Below, one piece after another: positions 1-8,417 of a DNA stretch of 64,000 bases (position 1 is the first letter of the stretch; every line of letters begins with the position of its first letter). The translations under genes were made by a program, and so were the position numbers. The stretch covers positions 103,340-167,339 of the forward strand of contig JAETSI010000001.1 in NCBI GenBank assembly GCA_021769725.1. The letters are read 5' to 3'. The notes beneath the pieces are model-generated. The model had not been told where the DNA came from, ran no database searches, and saw nothing but the letters and a program-made list of their open reading frames with translations. The stretch is from Oscillospiraceae bacterium (GTDB taxonomy: Bacteria; Bacillota; Clostridia; Oscillospirales; Ruminococcaceae).

Positions 1-405
1 AGCATTGACGGCGCAACAAGCGGACAGGTATTCAGAAAGATTACTCTCCCGCTTCTCAGTCCTATTATGGTTTACACACTTGTAACATCTATGATAGGCG
101 GACTTCAGATGTTTGATATTCCTTATCTCTTCCATAAAGGAACTGGTATCAGTAGTATCAATCCGAATGTTCGTACAGTTGCAGTCTTCATTTATGAAAG
201 ATTCCATACAAGAGGAACAAATGACTTCTCATATGGTTATTCAGGTGCGGCATCTGTTCTCCTCTTTATTGTTACGCTTATTCTTGGTTCTATTACATTC
301 TATCTCAACAGAGACAAGGATGCTATTGCAAAAAAGAAGCAGCGTAAAAAGCTTGCACAGCAGGCAAAGATTAAAAATAAGCAGTTTGGAGGTCTGAGCA
401 TATGA
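1..405 (+). CDS. carbohydrate ABC transporter permease, C-terminal fragment (gene begins upstream of window)
   Basis: Frame 1 is open from base 1 (SIDGATSGQVFRKITLPLLSPI...), the IDGA/EAA-loop signature of MalF-type permeases; stop overlaps next permease start (ATGA at 402-405). Confidence 0.8.
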   Translation, partial: SIDGATSGQVFRKITLPLLSPIMVYTLVTSMIGGLQMFDIPYLFHKGTGISSINPNVRTVAVFIYERFHTRGTNDFSYGYSGAASVLLFIVTLILGSITFYLNRDKDAIAKKKQRKKLAQQAKIKNKQFGGLSI

Positions 406-1298
406 GTGATATGAAATCTGTTTACGGACAGGGTAAAGATAACTATATGCTCAAGATCAGATTAAAGTCAACAATACTTTTTATCTGGTTTGTTATCCTT
501 ACTATCATCTGTCTGCTCCCTATTTATGTGCTGCTTATCAACGCAACACGAAGCAACAATGATATTTCCGGTGGTTTTTCACTGATCCCTGGTGATTATT
601 TTGCTACAAACTTTAAGAATATGCGTACTCTTGAATATGCTAAGAATGCATTCAAGCCTTTAATTGGTTACAGAAACAGCGCTATCATTACTTGCAGCGC
701 AACAATTCTTACTGTATTCTTCTCGGCGCTTACTTCTTATGGTATTCATGTATATGATTTTAAGCTAAAAGAAATTTCATATACATTTATTCTTCTTATC
801 ATGATGGTTCCGACCCAGGTAACTTCTGCCGGTTTTGTTAATTTCATGATTAAAATTGGACTTCAGAATACATATATTCCGCTTATTGTTCCTGCTATTG
901 CAGCTCCTGCGGTAATCTTTTTCATGAGATCGTATCTGAAATCCTCGTTCCCTCTGGATATCGTTGAAGCCGCACGAATTGACGGTTCAGGCGAGTTCAG
1001 AACATTCCTTACGATTGCTATTCCTATGATGAAGCCGGCTATTGCTGTTCAGGCAATTTTTGCTTTCGTTGCTAACTGGAATAACTTCTATACACCTTCT
1101 ATGATCCTTCTTGATGGTGATAAGATGAAGCAGACTCTCCCGATGATGGTGCAGGCTGTTCAGTCATCTGATAAGTTCACTGACTTCGGTATTGTTTATA
1201 CTTGTATCGCTCTCAGTATCATTCCGATCGTAATTGCTTACGTTCTTCTTTCCAAGTGGATCGTTGGCGGCGTTGCTCTCGGTGGTGTAAAGGAATAA
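402..1298 (+). CDS. carbohydrate ABC transporter permease (MalG-like)
   Basis: 298 aa, 6 predicted TM segments, EAA loop AARIDGSGEFRTFLTIAIPMMKPA; translationally coupled to upstream permease. Confidence 0.85.
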   Translation: MSDMKSVYGQGKDNYMLKIRLKSTILFIWFVILTIICLLPIYVLLINATRSNNDISGGFSLIPGDYFATNFKNMRTLEYAKNAFKPLIGYRNSAIITCSATILTVFFSALTSYGIHVYDFKLKEISYTFILLIMMVPTQVTSAGFVNFMIKIGLQNTYIPLIVPAIAAPAVIFFMRSYLKSSFPLDIVEAARIDGSGEFRTFLTIAIPMMKPAIAVQAIFAFVANWNNFYTPSMILLDGDKMKQTLPMMVQAVQSSDKFTDFGIVYTCIALSIIPIVIAYVLLSKWIVGGVALGGVKE

Positions 1299-1310
1299 TT
1301 TACGATTTAA

Positions 1311-1346
1311 AGTGCCTTCGGAGGTATTTCCGGAGGTACTTTTTTC
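1311..1346 (+). terminator. intrinsic terminator after ABC permease operon
   Basis: 12-bp stem agtgccttcgga/tccggaggtact (2 G.U), 6-nt loop, T5 run. Confidence 0.7.
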
Positions 1347-1348
1347 TA

Positions 1349-1377
1349 TTGACAAAAACACAGTTATGTGATATAAT
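1349..1377 (+). promoter_or_regulatory. sigma-70-type promoter TTGACA-17-TATAAT
   Basis: Exact consensus hexamers at 1349-1354 and 1372-1377 with 17-nt spacer. Confidence 0.7.
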
Positions 1378-1542
1378 AAATACTGTATCTGGCAGTGGGA
1401 TTTATTCCACGATCAGAAGATGAAAATTTACATTTGTTTTCGGGCAGCAGGATTTTATTTTGCTATTGGATTACAGATAATAAGGCATTACTATATGTTG
1501 ATTCTGTCCGCCCGAAAAGGCGGTTTTTTATTTGGAGGGATA
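1378..1542 (+). promoter_or_regulatory. about 165-nt 5' leader with terminator/antiterminator alternative (candidate attenuator or riboswitch, class unknown)
   Basis: GC stem ccgcc(1508-1512)/ggcgg(1519-1523) followed by T6 just before the RBS; ttttcgggc (1437-1445) is complementary to gcccgaaaa (1510-1518), which overlaps the terminator 5' arm. Confidence 0.45.
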
Positions 1543-1791
1543 ATGGAAGATAAAAGAATAGCTGTTGCAGCCATAGTAATTGACGAAAGTTCGGCTGTCT
1601 CTGAAGTGAACAAGGTGCTTCACGAATACAGCGATATTATTATTGGTAGAATGGGAATACCATACAGGGATAGGGGAATTTCCCTTATATCTGTTGCTCT
1701 TGACGCTTCTCCCGATTCTATCAGCAGTCTTACGGGGCGTCTTGGCAGAATAGGCGGCGTTTCAGTAAAGGCCGCAATTTCAAAGAAATGA
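1543..1791 (+). CDS. TM1266-family putative iron-only hydrogenase system regulator (ACT-like small protein)
   Basis: 82 aa MEDKRIAVAAIVIDES...GRMGIPYRDRGISLISVALDA; GGAGGG RBS 4 nt upstream; directly precedes hydG as in this family. The ORF-track start at 1420 lacks an RBS. Confidence 0.65.
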   Translation: MEDKRIAVAAIVIDESSAVSEVNKVLHEYSDIIIGRMGIPYRDRGISLISVALDASPDSISSLTGRLGRIGGVSVKAAISKK

Positions 1792-1800
1792 GGAAAAATA

Positions 1801-3249
1801 ATGTATAACGTTAAATCATTAAAAGCAGAGGAATTTATCAGTAACGAAGAGATTCTTGAAACCCTTGATTATGCTGAAAAAAATAAGCATAACCGTGAAC
1901 TGATCGAGGAGATACTCGAAAAAGCTGCCCCGAAAAAGACCGGCAGGGGTGTAGAATGTGCTGGATTGTCACATCGGGATGCAAGCGTTCTTCTTGCCTG
2001 TGATATTCCGGAACTTACTGAAAAAATGTATAATCTTGCCCGTGAGATCAAAGAGGCTTTTTACGGAAACAGAATTGTGATGTTTGCACCGTTGTATCTT
2101 TCAAATTATTGTGTAAATCAATGCGTTTATTGTCCGTACCATATGCAGAATAAAGAAATCCCCAGAAAAAAACTTACTCAGGATGAAGTCCGCAATGAGG
2201 TAATTGCACTTCAAGATATGGGGCATAAGCGTCTTGCTATTGAATCAGGTGAGGATCCTGTGAATAATCCTATTGAATATATTCTCGAATGTATTAAGAC
2301 GATTTACTCGATAAAGCATAAAAATGGAGCTATCAGACGTGTAAATGTTAACATTGCAGCCACAACTGTTGAAAATTATAAGAAACTACATGACGCAGGC
2401 ATTGGTACGTATATTCTTTTCCAGGAAACATATCATAAGGAAAGCTACGAAAAGCTTCATCCGGCAGGACCTAAGCATAATTATGCTTATCATACCGAAG
2501 CTATGGATAGGGCTATGGAAGGCGGAATTGATGATGTTGGTCTTGGCGTTCTTTTCGGATTGGATATGTATAAGTATGAATTCGCCGGTCTGCTCATGCA
2601 CGCTGAACATCTTGAAGCTGTACACGGTGTAGGTCCGCATACTATTAGTGTTCCTCGAGTAAAAAGGGCTTCTGATATTGACCCGGATGTATTTGATAAC
2701 AGTATTGATGATGATACTTTTGCAAAGATTATAGCCTGCATCAGAATCGCTGTTCCCTATACCGGAATGATTATTTCCACACGTGAAAACGAGGAGTGCC
2801 GTGACAGAGTAATCGGACTTGGTATTTCTCAGATTTCCGGAGGTTCAAGAACTTCTGTAGGCGGCTACGCCGGATATTCTTCAGATGAACGTCCGCACGA
2901 TACAGAGCAGTTTGATGTTTCCGATCAGCGCTCACTGGACGAAGTGGTTAAGTGGCTTATTGATTTGGGATACATTCCGTCATTTTGTACTGCCTGCTAT
3001 CGTGAAGGCAGAACAGGCGACAGATTTATGTCACTCTGTAAAGTCGGACAGATTCAGAATTGCTGTCATCCGAATGCCCTTATGACGCTTCAGGAATTCC
3101 TTGAGGATTATGCTTCTCCTGAAACAAAGGCTGCCGGGGAGGCTCTTATTGCCAGGGAGATCAACAAGGTGACTAATCCGAAGGTTTTTGATAGGGCTGT
3201 TCAGAATCTCGAAAATATAAAGAAAGGTGAAAGAGATTTCCGTTTCTGA
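1801..3249 (+). CDS. hydG: [FeFe]-hydrogenase H-cluster radical SAM maturase HydG
   Basis: 482 aa; radical SAM CVNQCVYCPY motif; C-terminal FCTACYREGRTGDRFMSLC cluster motif that distinguishes HydG from ThiH. Confidence 0.9.
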   Translation: MYNVKSLKAEEFISNEEILETLDYAEKNKHNRELIEEILEKAAPKKTGRGVECAGLSHRDASVLLACDIPELTEKMYNLAREIKEAFYGNRIVMFAPLYLSNYCVNQCVYCPYHMQNKEIPRKKLTQDEVRNEVIALQDMGHKRLAIESGEDPVNNPIEYILECIKTIYSIKHKNGAIRRVNVNIAATTVENYKKLHDAGIGTYILFQETYHKESYEKLHPAGPKHNYAYHTEAMDRAMEGGIDDVGLGVLFGLDMYKYEFAGLLMHAEHLEAVHGVGPHTISVPRVKRASDIDPDVFDNSIDDDTFAKIIACIRIAVPYTGMIISTRENEECRDRVIGLGISQISGGSRTSVGGYAGYSSDERPHDTEQFDVSDQRSLDEVVKWLIDLGYIPSFCTACYREGRTGDRFMSLCKVGQIQNCCHPNALMTLQEFLEDYASPETKAAGEALIAREINKVTNPKVFDRAVQNLENIKKGERDFRF

Positions 3250-3281
3250 TCTGCAAATTATAGCAATTATATTGAATAAAT

Positions 3282-3315
3282 GCCGGATATGCGCAGTTTT
3301 ATCCGGCTTTTTTTG
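3282..3315 (+). terminator. intrinsic terminator after hydG
   Basis: gccggat/atccggc stem followed by T8. Confidence 0.65.
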
Positions 3316-3344
3316 TATCTAAACACGGTTTTTAATCCGTGATG

Positions 3345-3373
3345 TTGACATTAATAAGAAAAGGTGATATAAT
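3345..3373 (+). promoter_or_regulatory. sigma-70-type promoter TTGACA-17-TATAAT for lipoprotein cluster
   Basis: Exact consensus hexamers 3345-3350 and 3368-3373. Confidence 0.65.
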
Positions 3374-3448
3374 ACTTATTACTGAATTCTGCTGATTAGA
3401 GTGCGCTCCGGCTGAATTCATAATTAAATTTATACGGAGGAAATAAAA

Positions 3449-4321
3449 ATGAAAAAGGTACTCGCATTTATTATGGCAGTAACTACTTGCCTTTGCACTT
3501 TTGCAGCTTGTGGTGACAAGGATGACAGCAGCAGCGAAAAGTCCAATAATAAATCATCATCCGAGGTTGATGATAAGGACGATAAAGATGATAAGGACGA
3601 TGAAGACGACAAGGACGATGAAGACGACAAGGACGATGACGAAAAGAAATCCGGTAAGAAGGATTCAGAAAAAGAAACAGAGCCTGTAACAGATGATTCT
3701 GACGACAAGGACGATCCCGATGTTGATGTAACCGAGCCGGAAGGAGATGACCCTGTAAGTAATCCCGGCAGCATTTCCGATGATATTTATCTTGAAACAT
3801 TTACAGAATTTTGTCAGATGGCTATAGATCAGGACACAGAGGGGCTTATGAATCTTACTTTCCCTGATGTGCTGATCGACGCAATGAAAAAGACTAACGC
3901 ATATGACTTTATGGCTGAAGAACTTGATGGCTCGTATGACTCTATGTCTGCGGATGACCTCAGCAAGATCGAGATCGGCAGTGTTACCGACTGTGATGCT
4001 GTAACTAAGGAAAACCTTGAAAAGCTGTATTCCGTTTACTCAAATCTTTTCTTCTGCATGGCTGAAAACAACATTATGTATGATGATATGGAGTCCGGAA
4101 ATATTGACGAGGAAAAGGCGCTTCTCATTATGGAGCCCGCTATGCAGCTTGCTCAGTTAAACGATATTGAGAACCTTGACGTTGAGATCACTGTTCCTTT
4201 TGAGGAGGCTAAGTTTGTAACTCTGTCAGCTGACGGTGAAGATCAGAAGTTTGTTATGTATAAACTTGCAGGTGAGGACTGGAAGATGGACACTATCGGT
4301 CTTGCACTTTTTGGATTCTGA
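3449..4321 (+). CDS. lipoprotein, paralog 1 of 3 (acidic D/K/E linker plus conserved C-terminal domain, function unknown)
   Basis: Signal peptide with lipobox TFAAC-G; GGAGG RBS; C-terminal domain aligns with the two downstream genes (EKLYSVYSN..., GEDWKMDTIGL). Confidence 0.85.
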   Translation: MKKVLAFIMAVTTCLCTFAACGDKDDSSSEKSNNKSSSEVDDKDDKDDKDDEDDKDDEDDKDDDEKKSGKKDSEKETEPVTDDSDDKDDPDVDVTEPEGDDPVSNPGSISDDIYLETFTEFCQMAIDQDTEGLMNLTFPDVLIDAMKKTNAYDFMAEELDGSYDSMSADDLSKIEIGSVTDCDAVTKENLEKLYSVYSNLFFCMAENNIMYDDMESGNIDEEKALLIMEPAMQLAQLNDIENLDVEITVPFEEAKFVTLSADGEDQKFVMYKLAGEDWKMDTIGLALFGF

Positions 4322-4344
4322 TATAGTATTAAGGAGAACAAATC

Positions 4345-5049
4345 GTGAAAAAAATGCTTGCATTTTTTACGGCAGTCATATGCTGTTTCGGTTCGTTTAC
4401 AGCTTGTGGAAATAAGAAAAACAGCAGCCGGGAAGGGGACAGCGTCTCTGAAACGGCTGCTGCTCCTGAAAATGAGACAAGCGGCGCTGTGGAGGATAAA
4501 TCCTCCGAAGAATTTACGGAGACATTCCGCAAATTCTTTGGCAGCGGCGATCCTGTTCAGATGATGGAGGTTTCCCTTCCGGATGTCGTTATCAAATCAA
4601 TGAAAAATATCGGGGGATTTGAAACTATAAGTGAAACTATGGCGGTTTCTTCTGCAAGAGCTATGGCAGATATGCAGGGAGTTGATATATCGGCTGCGAA
4701 GTATATTTCCCAGCGTGAATGCGATCTGGAAATGCGCAGCAGGCTTGAAAAGCTGTATTCTGCATATTACAGTGTTTACAGGACTATTGAAGATAATGGT
4801 ATAAACTATGAGCAATATATTTCCGGCGATATTGATGAAAGTAAGATGAAGCTGATTTTAGAGGCTCTTGCAAATTACAACAAGATCGGCAACGGTGAAG
4901 ATGCCGATATCGGAGAGTTTGTTAAATTTGACGATATAAAATATGTTACTTTTTCAATGAATGGTGAACAAACTGAATTTCTGATGTACAAAATAAGTGG
5001 AGAAAGCTGGAAGATTGATATGATCGGTCTTGCTGTTTTTGAATATTGA
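4345..5049 (+). CDS. lipoprotein, paralog 2 of 3
   Basis: GTG start 8 nt after AAGGAG; lipobox SFTAC-G; shares LEKLYSAYYS and GESWKIDMIGL blocks with paralogs. Confidence 0.85.
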   Translation: MKKMLAFFTAVICCFGSFTACGNKKNSSREGDSVSETAAAPENETSGAVEDKSSEEFTETFRKFFGSGDPVQMMEVSLPDVVIKSMKNIGGFETISETMAVSSARAMADMQGVDISAAKYISQRECDLEMRSRLEKLYSAYYSVYRTIEDNGINYEQYISGDIDESKMKLILEALANYNKIGNGEDADIGEFVKFDDIKYVTFSMNGEQTEFLMYKISGESWKIDMIGLAVFEY

Positions 5050-5068
5050 TTATTTAAGGAGAATTTAT

Positions 5069-5782
5069 ATGAAAAAAATATTGGCTTTTCTTATGGCCGT
5101 AACAACGTGTTTCTGCGCATTTACTGCCTGTGGTAATACGGATGACAGCAGTGAAAAGGATAAATCCAATAAGTCTTCAAGTGAAGATTCTGATAAGAGC
5201 AGCAAGAAAGATAAAGACGATAAGGATAATAACGACTCTGAAAACGAAGTATACCTTGCGGCTTTTCAGAAACTTATTGATGCAGCTGCAGCTGAGGATG
5301 TTACAGCTACAATGAGAGCTACGCTTCCTGATATTACAATGGATGCTATTGAGAATACTGATTCCATGGATGCTATTTCTGATGCTATGGGAAGCCTTGC
5401 CGGATACGGTTTTGACAATATTACATCAGTAGAGATCGTTACTGTAGACGAGTGTGATGCGGATGTTGTTGAAAAGCTTGAAAAGCTCTATTCTGTTTAT
5501 TCTAATATGTTCCTTATCATGGATGAAAATGACATAAGCTATAATGACATAATGAACGGCAATATTGATGAAGATAAGGCAATGCTCATTATGGACGCTG
5601 CTACCCAGCTTACACAGATTAACAACTTTGACAGCCTTGACGTAGATTTGTCTGTTGAGTTTGAAGAAGCAAAAATGGTTACTTTCAGTTATAATAACAT
5701 GGAAGAAAAAGCTGTAGTATACAAAGTTGCAGGTGAGGATTGGAAAGTAGATACTATCGGTATTGATGCTATCGGATATTAA
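5069..5782 (+). CDS. lipoprotein, paralog 3 of 3
   Basis: ATG at 5069 after AAGGAG (ORF-track start 5030 lies inside the previous gene); lipobox AFTAC-G; EKLYSVYSN and GEDWKVDTIG blocks. Confidence 0.85.
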   Translation: MKKILAFLMAVTTCFCAFTACGNTDDSSEKDKSNKSSSEDSDKSSKKDKDDKDNNDSENEVYLAAFQKLIDAAAAEDVTATMRATLPDITMDAIENTDSMDAISDAMGSLAGYGFDNITSVEIVTVDECDADVVEKLEKLYSVYSNMFLIMDENDISYNDIMNGNIDEDKAMLIMDAATQLTQINNFDSLDVDLSVEFEEAKMVTFSYNNMEEKAVVYKVAGEDWKVDTIGIDAIGY

Positions 5783-5863
5783 TGTTCCGATTTGCGGCAG
5801 CATGATTCCCGTGAATTGATCGCTGAAAATCTTACGTCGGAAACATAATGGAGGAATTTAAAA

Positions 5864-6067
5864 ATGATGTACGAATTAATGGCAACAGTTGGAAATGCTC
5901 CTGTTACGGGTGATACTTTCCCGGTCAAGACAATTCTTATCATTGCAATAATTGCCGTGGCAGCAGCTGTTGGAATGGTCATTTTGACCAAAGGCAGGAA
6001 TAATGATGATGATGATGATGATAACAACGAGGAGTCAGAAGAACAGAATAATTCTAAAAATGAATAA
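5864..6067 (+). CDS. 67-aa membrane mini-protein with sorting-signal-like APVTGD-TM-KGR module and poly-Asp/Glu tail
   Basis: GGAGGA RBS; one TM (ILIIAIIAVAAAVGMVIL); followed by a strong terminator. Confidence 0.55.
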   Translation: MMYELMATVGNAPVTGDTFPVKTILIIAIIAVAAAVGMVILTKGRNNDDDDDDNNEESEEQNNSKNE

Positions 6068-6080
6068 TTACAGGAATGTC

Positions 6081-6115
6081 CCTCCGCATACAATATGTAT
6101 GCGGAGGTGTTTTTT
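6081..6115 (+). terminator. intrinsic terminator
   Basis: cctccgcatac/gtatgcggagg perfect 11-bp stem followed by a T-run. Confidence 0.75.
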
Positions 6116-6415
6116 ATGATATGCAGTCTTGATGATCTGAGAAGAAAGGAAGTAATAGACATAACGAGCGGCGAACGGCTGGGATACATAGACGACGCAG
6201 AAATGGATCTGGAAACGTCGGAAGTTGAGGCTCTTATGATCTACGGCAGACAGAAATTATTTGGCTTGCTTGGACGTGAAACAGATGTGTTGATACCATG
6301 TTCGGATATCAGGGTGGTCGGCAGTGATGTTATACTTGTAAAGTTGTCAGTACGTCCGGAATTGTCACATCCGGCAAAAAAAGAAGAGAATAAATTTAAA
6401 AGTTTGTTAAAATAG
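6116..6415 (+). CDS. YlmC/YmxH-family sporulation protein (PRC-barrel)
   Basis: MICSLDDLRRKEVIDITSGERLGYIDDAEMDLETSEV... typical family N-terminus; ATG 6116 follows GGAGG. Confidence 0.75.
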   Translation: MICSLDDLRRKEVIDITSGERLGYIDDAEMDLETSEVEALMIYGRQKLFGLLGRETDVLIPCSDIRVVGSDVILVKLSVRPELSHPAKKEENKFKSLLK

Positions 6416-6430
6416 ACAACCGTTTAGTAC

Positions 6431-6459
6431 TTGAAAAAAAAAGGAAAATATGGTATAAT
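6431..6459 (+). promoter_or_regulatory. promoter TTGAAA-17-TATAAT with extended -10 TG, upstream of rpsB
   Basis: Hexamers at 6431-6436 and 6454-6459, TGg at 6451-6453. Confidence 0.6.
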
Positions 6460-6570
6460 ATTAAAGCAATTCGCACGCAGGTGTTTTTACGGGCTGGTGC
6501 ATCTCAGATGTTGTCTGTAAGTTAAACTCTGCGGAGGATTAATTTTAACCAATTTAAGGAGGACTACACC

Positions 6571-7320
6571 ATGGGAGTAGTATCAATGAAGCAGCTTCTT
6601 GAGGCAGGCGTTCATTTCGGACACCAGACAAGAAGATGGAACCCTAAAATGGCTCCGTACATCTTTACAGAAAGAAACGGAATCTACATTATCGACCTTC
6701 AGAAGACAGTAAAGAAGCTTGAAGAAGCTTATATGTTCGTTCGTGATCTCTCGGCAGAGGGCGGCGAAGTTCTTTTCGTAGGTACAAAGAAGCAGGCTGG
6801 CGACTCTGTAAGAGAGGAAGCAACAAGAGCCGGTGCGCATTATGTAAATGCAAGATGGCTTGGCGGTATGCTTACAAACTTTAAGACCATCCAGACAAGA
6901 ATCAAGAGACTTGAGCAGCTCCATGCAATGGAAGAAGACGGTACCTTTGCTCTTCTCCCTAAGAAGGAAGTTGTTAAGCTTAATCTTGAGATAGAGAAGC
7001 TTGAAAAGTTCCTTGGCGGTATCAAGAATATGAAGAAGCTCCCTGCAGCTCTCTTTATCGTTGATCCCAGAAAGGAAAAGATCGCTGTAGCTGAGGCTAA
7101 GAAGCTCAACATCCCGATCGTTGCTATAGTTGATACAAACTGCGATCCTGATGAAGTTGACTATGTTATTCCCGGCAACGATGATGCTATCAGAGCAGTA
7201 AAGCTTATTGCAGGTACTGTTGCAAACGCTATCATCGAAGGCAGACAGGGCGATGACGCTGTTGAAGAAGCAGCAGAGGCTGAGACAGCTGAAGAAGCAC
7301 CTGCTGAGGATGCTGAATAA
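6571..7320 (+). CDS. rpsB: 30S ribosomal protein S2
   Basis: [27 protein letters not shown] canonical S2 N-terminus; 249 aa. Confidence 0.97.
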   Translation: MGVVSMKQLLEAGVHFGHQTRRWNPKMAPYIFTERNGIYIIDLQKTVKKLEEAYMFVRDLSAEGGEVLFVGTKKQAGDSVREEATRAGAHYVNARWLGGMLTNFKTIQTRIKRLEQLHAMEEDGTFALLPKKEVVKLNLEIEKLEKFLGGIKNMKKLPAALFIVDPRKEKIAVAEAKKLNIPIVAIVDTNCDPDEVDYVIPGNDDAIRAVKLIAGTVANAIIEGRQGDDAVEEAAEAETAEEAPAEDAE

Positions 7321-7393
7321 TTCATAAATAAAATCAAGGCAGCACCGCATGACAAAGGAGTAAGCCGCTGATTATGCGGAGTTGCCTTATAAG

Positions 7394-7418
7394 CCCGAAT
7401 GTGAACGTTCGGGTTTTT
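7394..7418 (+). terminator. rpsB-tsf intergenic hairpin plus T-run (partial terminator or attenuator)
   Basis: cccgaatg/cgttcggg stem, tgaa loop, T5. Confidence 0.5.
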
Positions 7419-7451
7419 GCAGATAATACAATATTACAGGAGGTAATTACA

Positions 7452-8369
7452 ATGGGAAAGGTTTCCGTTGCTGAAATCAAAGAACTTATGAAGTCTACCG
7501 GTGTTGGTATGATGGACTGCAAGAAGGCTCTCGAGACTAACGACGGCGATATGGATAAGGCTATCGAATTCCTCAGAGAAAAGGGACTTGCAACACAGGC
7601 AAAGAAGAGCGGCAGAGCTGCTGCAGAGGGTATCGTTACAGCTGTTGTAAACGGCAATGTAGGCGTACTTCTTGAAGTAAATACAGAGACAGACTTCGCT
7701 GCAAATACAGATGACATCAAGAATTTTGTAAACGGCGTTGCAAATACGATTATCGAAAAGAATCCTGCTGATGTTGAGGCCCTTAAGGCTGAGACCATCA
7801 GCGGCGGTACAGCTACAGTAGGCGATGTTCTCACTGAGCTTGCCGGCATGAAGATAAGAGAAAATATTGTTATCCGTCGTTTCGTAAGAATGGAAGGCGT
7901 TCTTGCTTCCTATATTCACAATGGCGGCAGCATCGGCGTTATGGTAAAGCTTGATACAGACCTTTCTGCCGATCAGGTAACTGCTATCGGTAAAGATGTG
8001 GCTATGCAGTCTGCTGCACTTAATGCTCCTTATATGAAGCGTGAAGATGTTCCTGCTGATGTTATCGAGAAAGAAAAGGAAATCATGCTCGCTCAGATGG
8101 CTGAAGATCCTAAGATGGCAAGCAAGCCTGAAAAGGTTAAGGAAGGCATCGTTCAGGGTAAGATCGGTAAATACTATAAGGAAAACTGTCTTCTTGAACA
8201 GGCATTCGTCAAGGATGATAAGCTTTCTGTTCAGGGATATGTTGACGCTGAAGCTAAGAAGCTTGGCGGTTCTATCGTTGTAACGGACGTTATCCGTTAT
8301 GAGAGAGGCGAGGGCGTTGAAAAGAAGGAAGACAACCTTGCAGACGAAGTCGCAAAGATGATAAAGTAA
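7452..8369 (+). CDS. tsf: translation elongation factor Ts
   Basis: MGKVSVAEIKELMKSTGVGMMDCKKAL UBA-like N-terminus; ATG 7452 after AGGAGG; 305 aa. Confidence 0.95.
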   Translation: MGKVSVAEIKELMKSTGVGMMDCKKALETNDGDMDKAIEFLREKGLATQAKKSGRAAAEGIVTAVVNGNVGVLLEVNTETDFAANTDDIKNFVNGVANTIIEKNPADVEALKAETISGGTATVGDVLTELAGMKIRENIVIRRFVRMEGVLASYIHNGGSIGVMVKLDTDLSADQVTAIGKDVAMQSAALNAPYMKREDVPADVIEKEKEIMLAQMAEDPKMASKPEKVKEGIVQGKIGKYYKENCLLEQAFVKDDKLSVQGYVDAEAKKLGGSIVVTDVIRYERGEGVEKKEDNLADEVAKMIK

Positions 8370-8376
8370 TATATTT

Positions 8377-8406
8377 CGGCACACGGTTATGCTGTGTGCC
8401 GTTTTT
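8377..8406 (+). terminator. intrinsic terminator after tsf
   Basis: cggcaca/tgtgccg stem followed by T5. Confidence 0.7.
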
Positions 8407-8417
8407 CGGAGGCTTAT

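Noticed and set aside
67-405. ORF-track start at Met 67 for the first gene
   Set aside because: The frame is open back to base 1 and encodes the conserved permease EAA-loop region. The gene is truncated by the window edge and does not start at 67.
1420-1542. N-terminal 41-codon extension of the TM1266-like ORF
   Set aside because: There is no RBS before 1420, and the extension runs through the predicted terminator hairpin. A GGAGGG RBS precedes the ATG at 1543, which gives the typical family length of about 82 aa.
3430-3800. Ser-rich and Arg/His-rich ORFs on the - strand and in alternative + frames over the lipoprotein-1 linker
   Set aside because: They are frame artefacts of the GAT/GAC/AAG low-complexity acidic linker.
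6583-8384. Very long antisense ORFs (255 aa at 6583-7350 and 316 aa at 7434-8384) opposite rpsB and tsf
   Set aside because: The + strand products are unmistakable S2 and EF-Ts. The antisense translations are low-complexity (Cys/Leu/Ser/Phe-rich) and have no RBS. They are shadow ORFs produced by codon bias.
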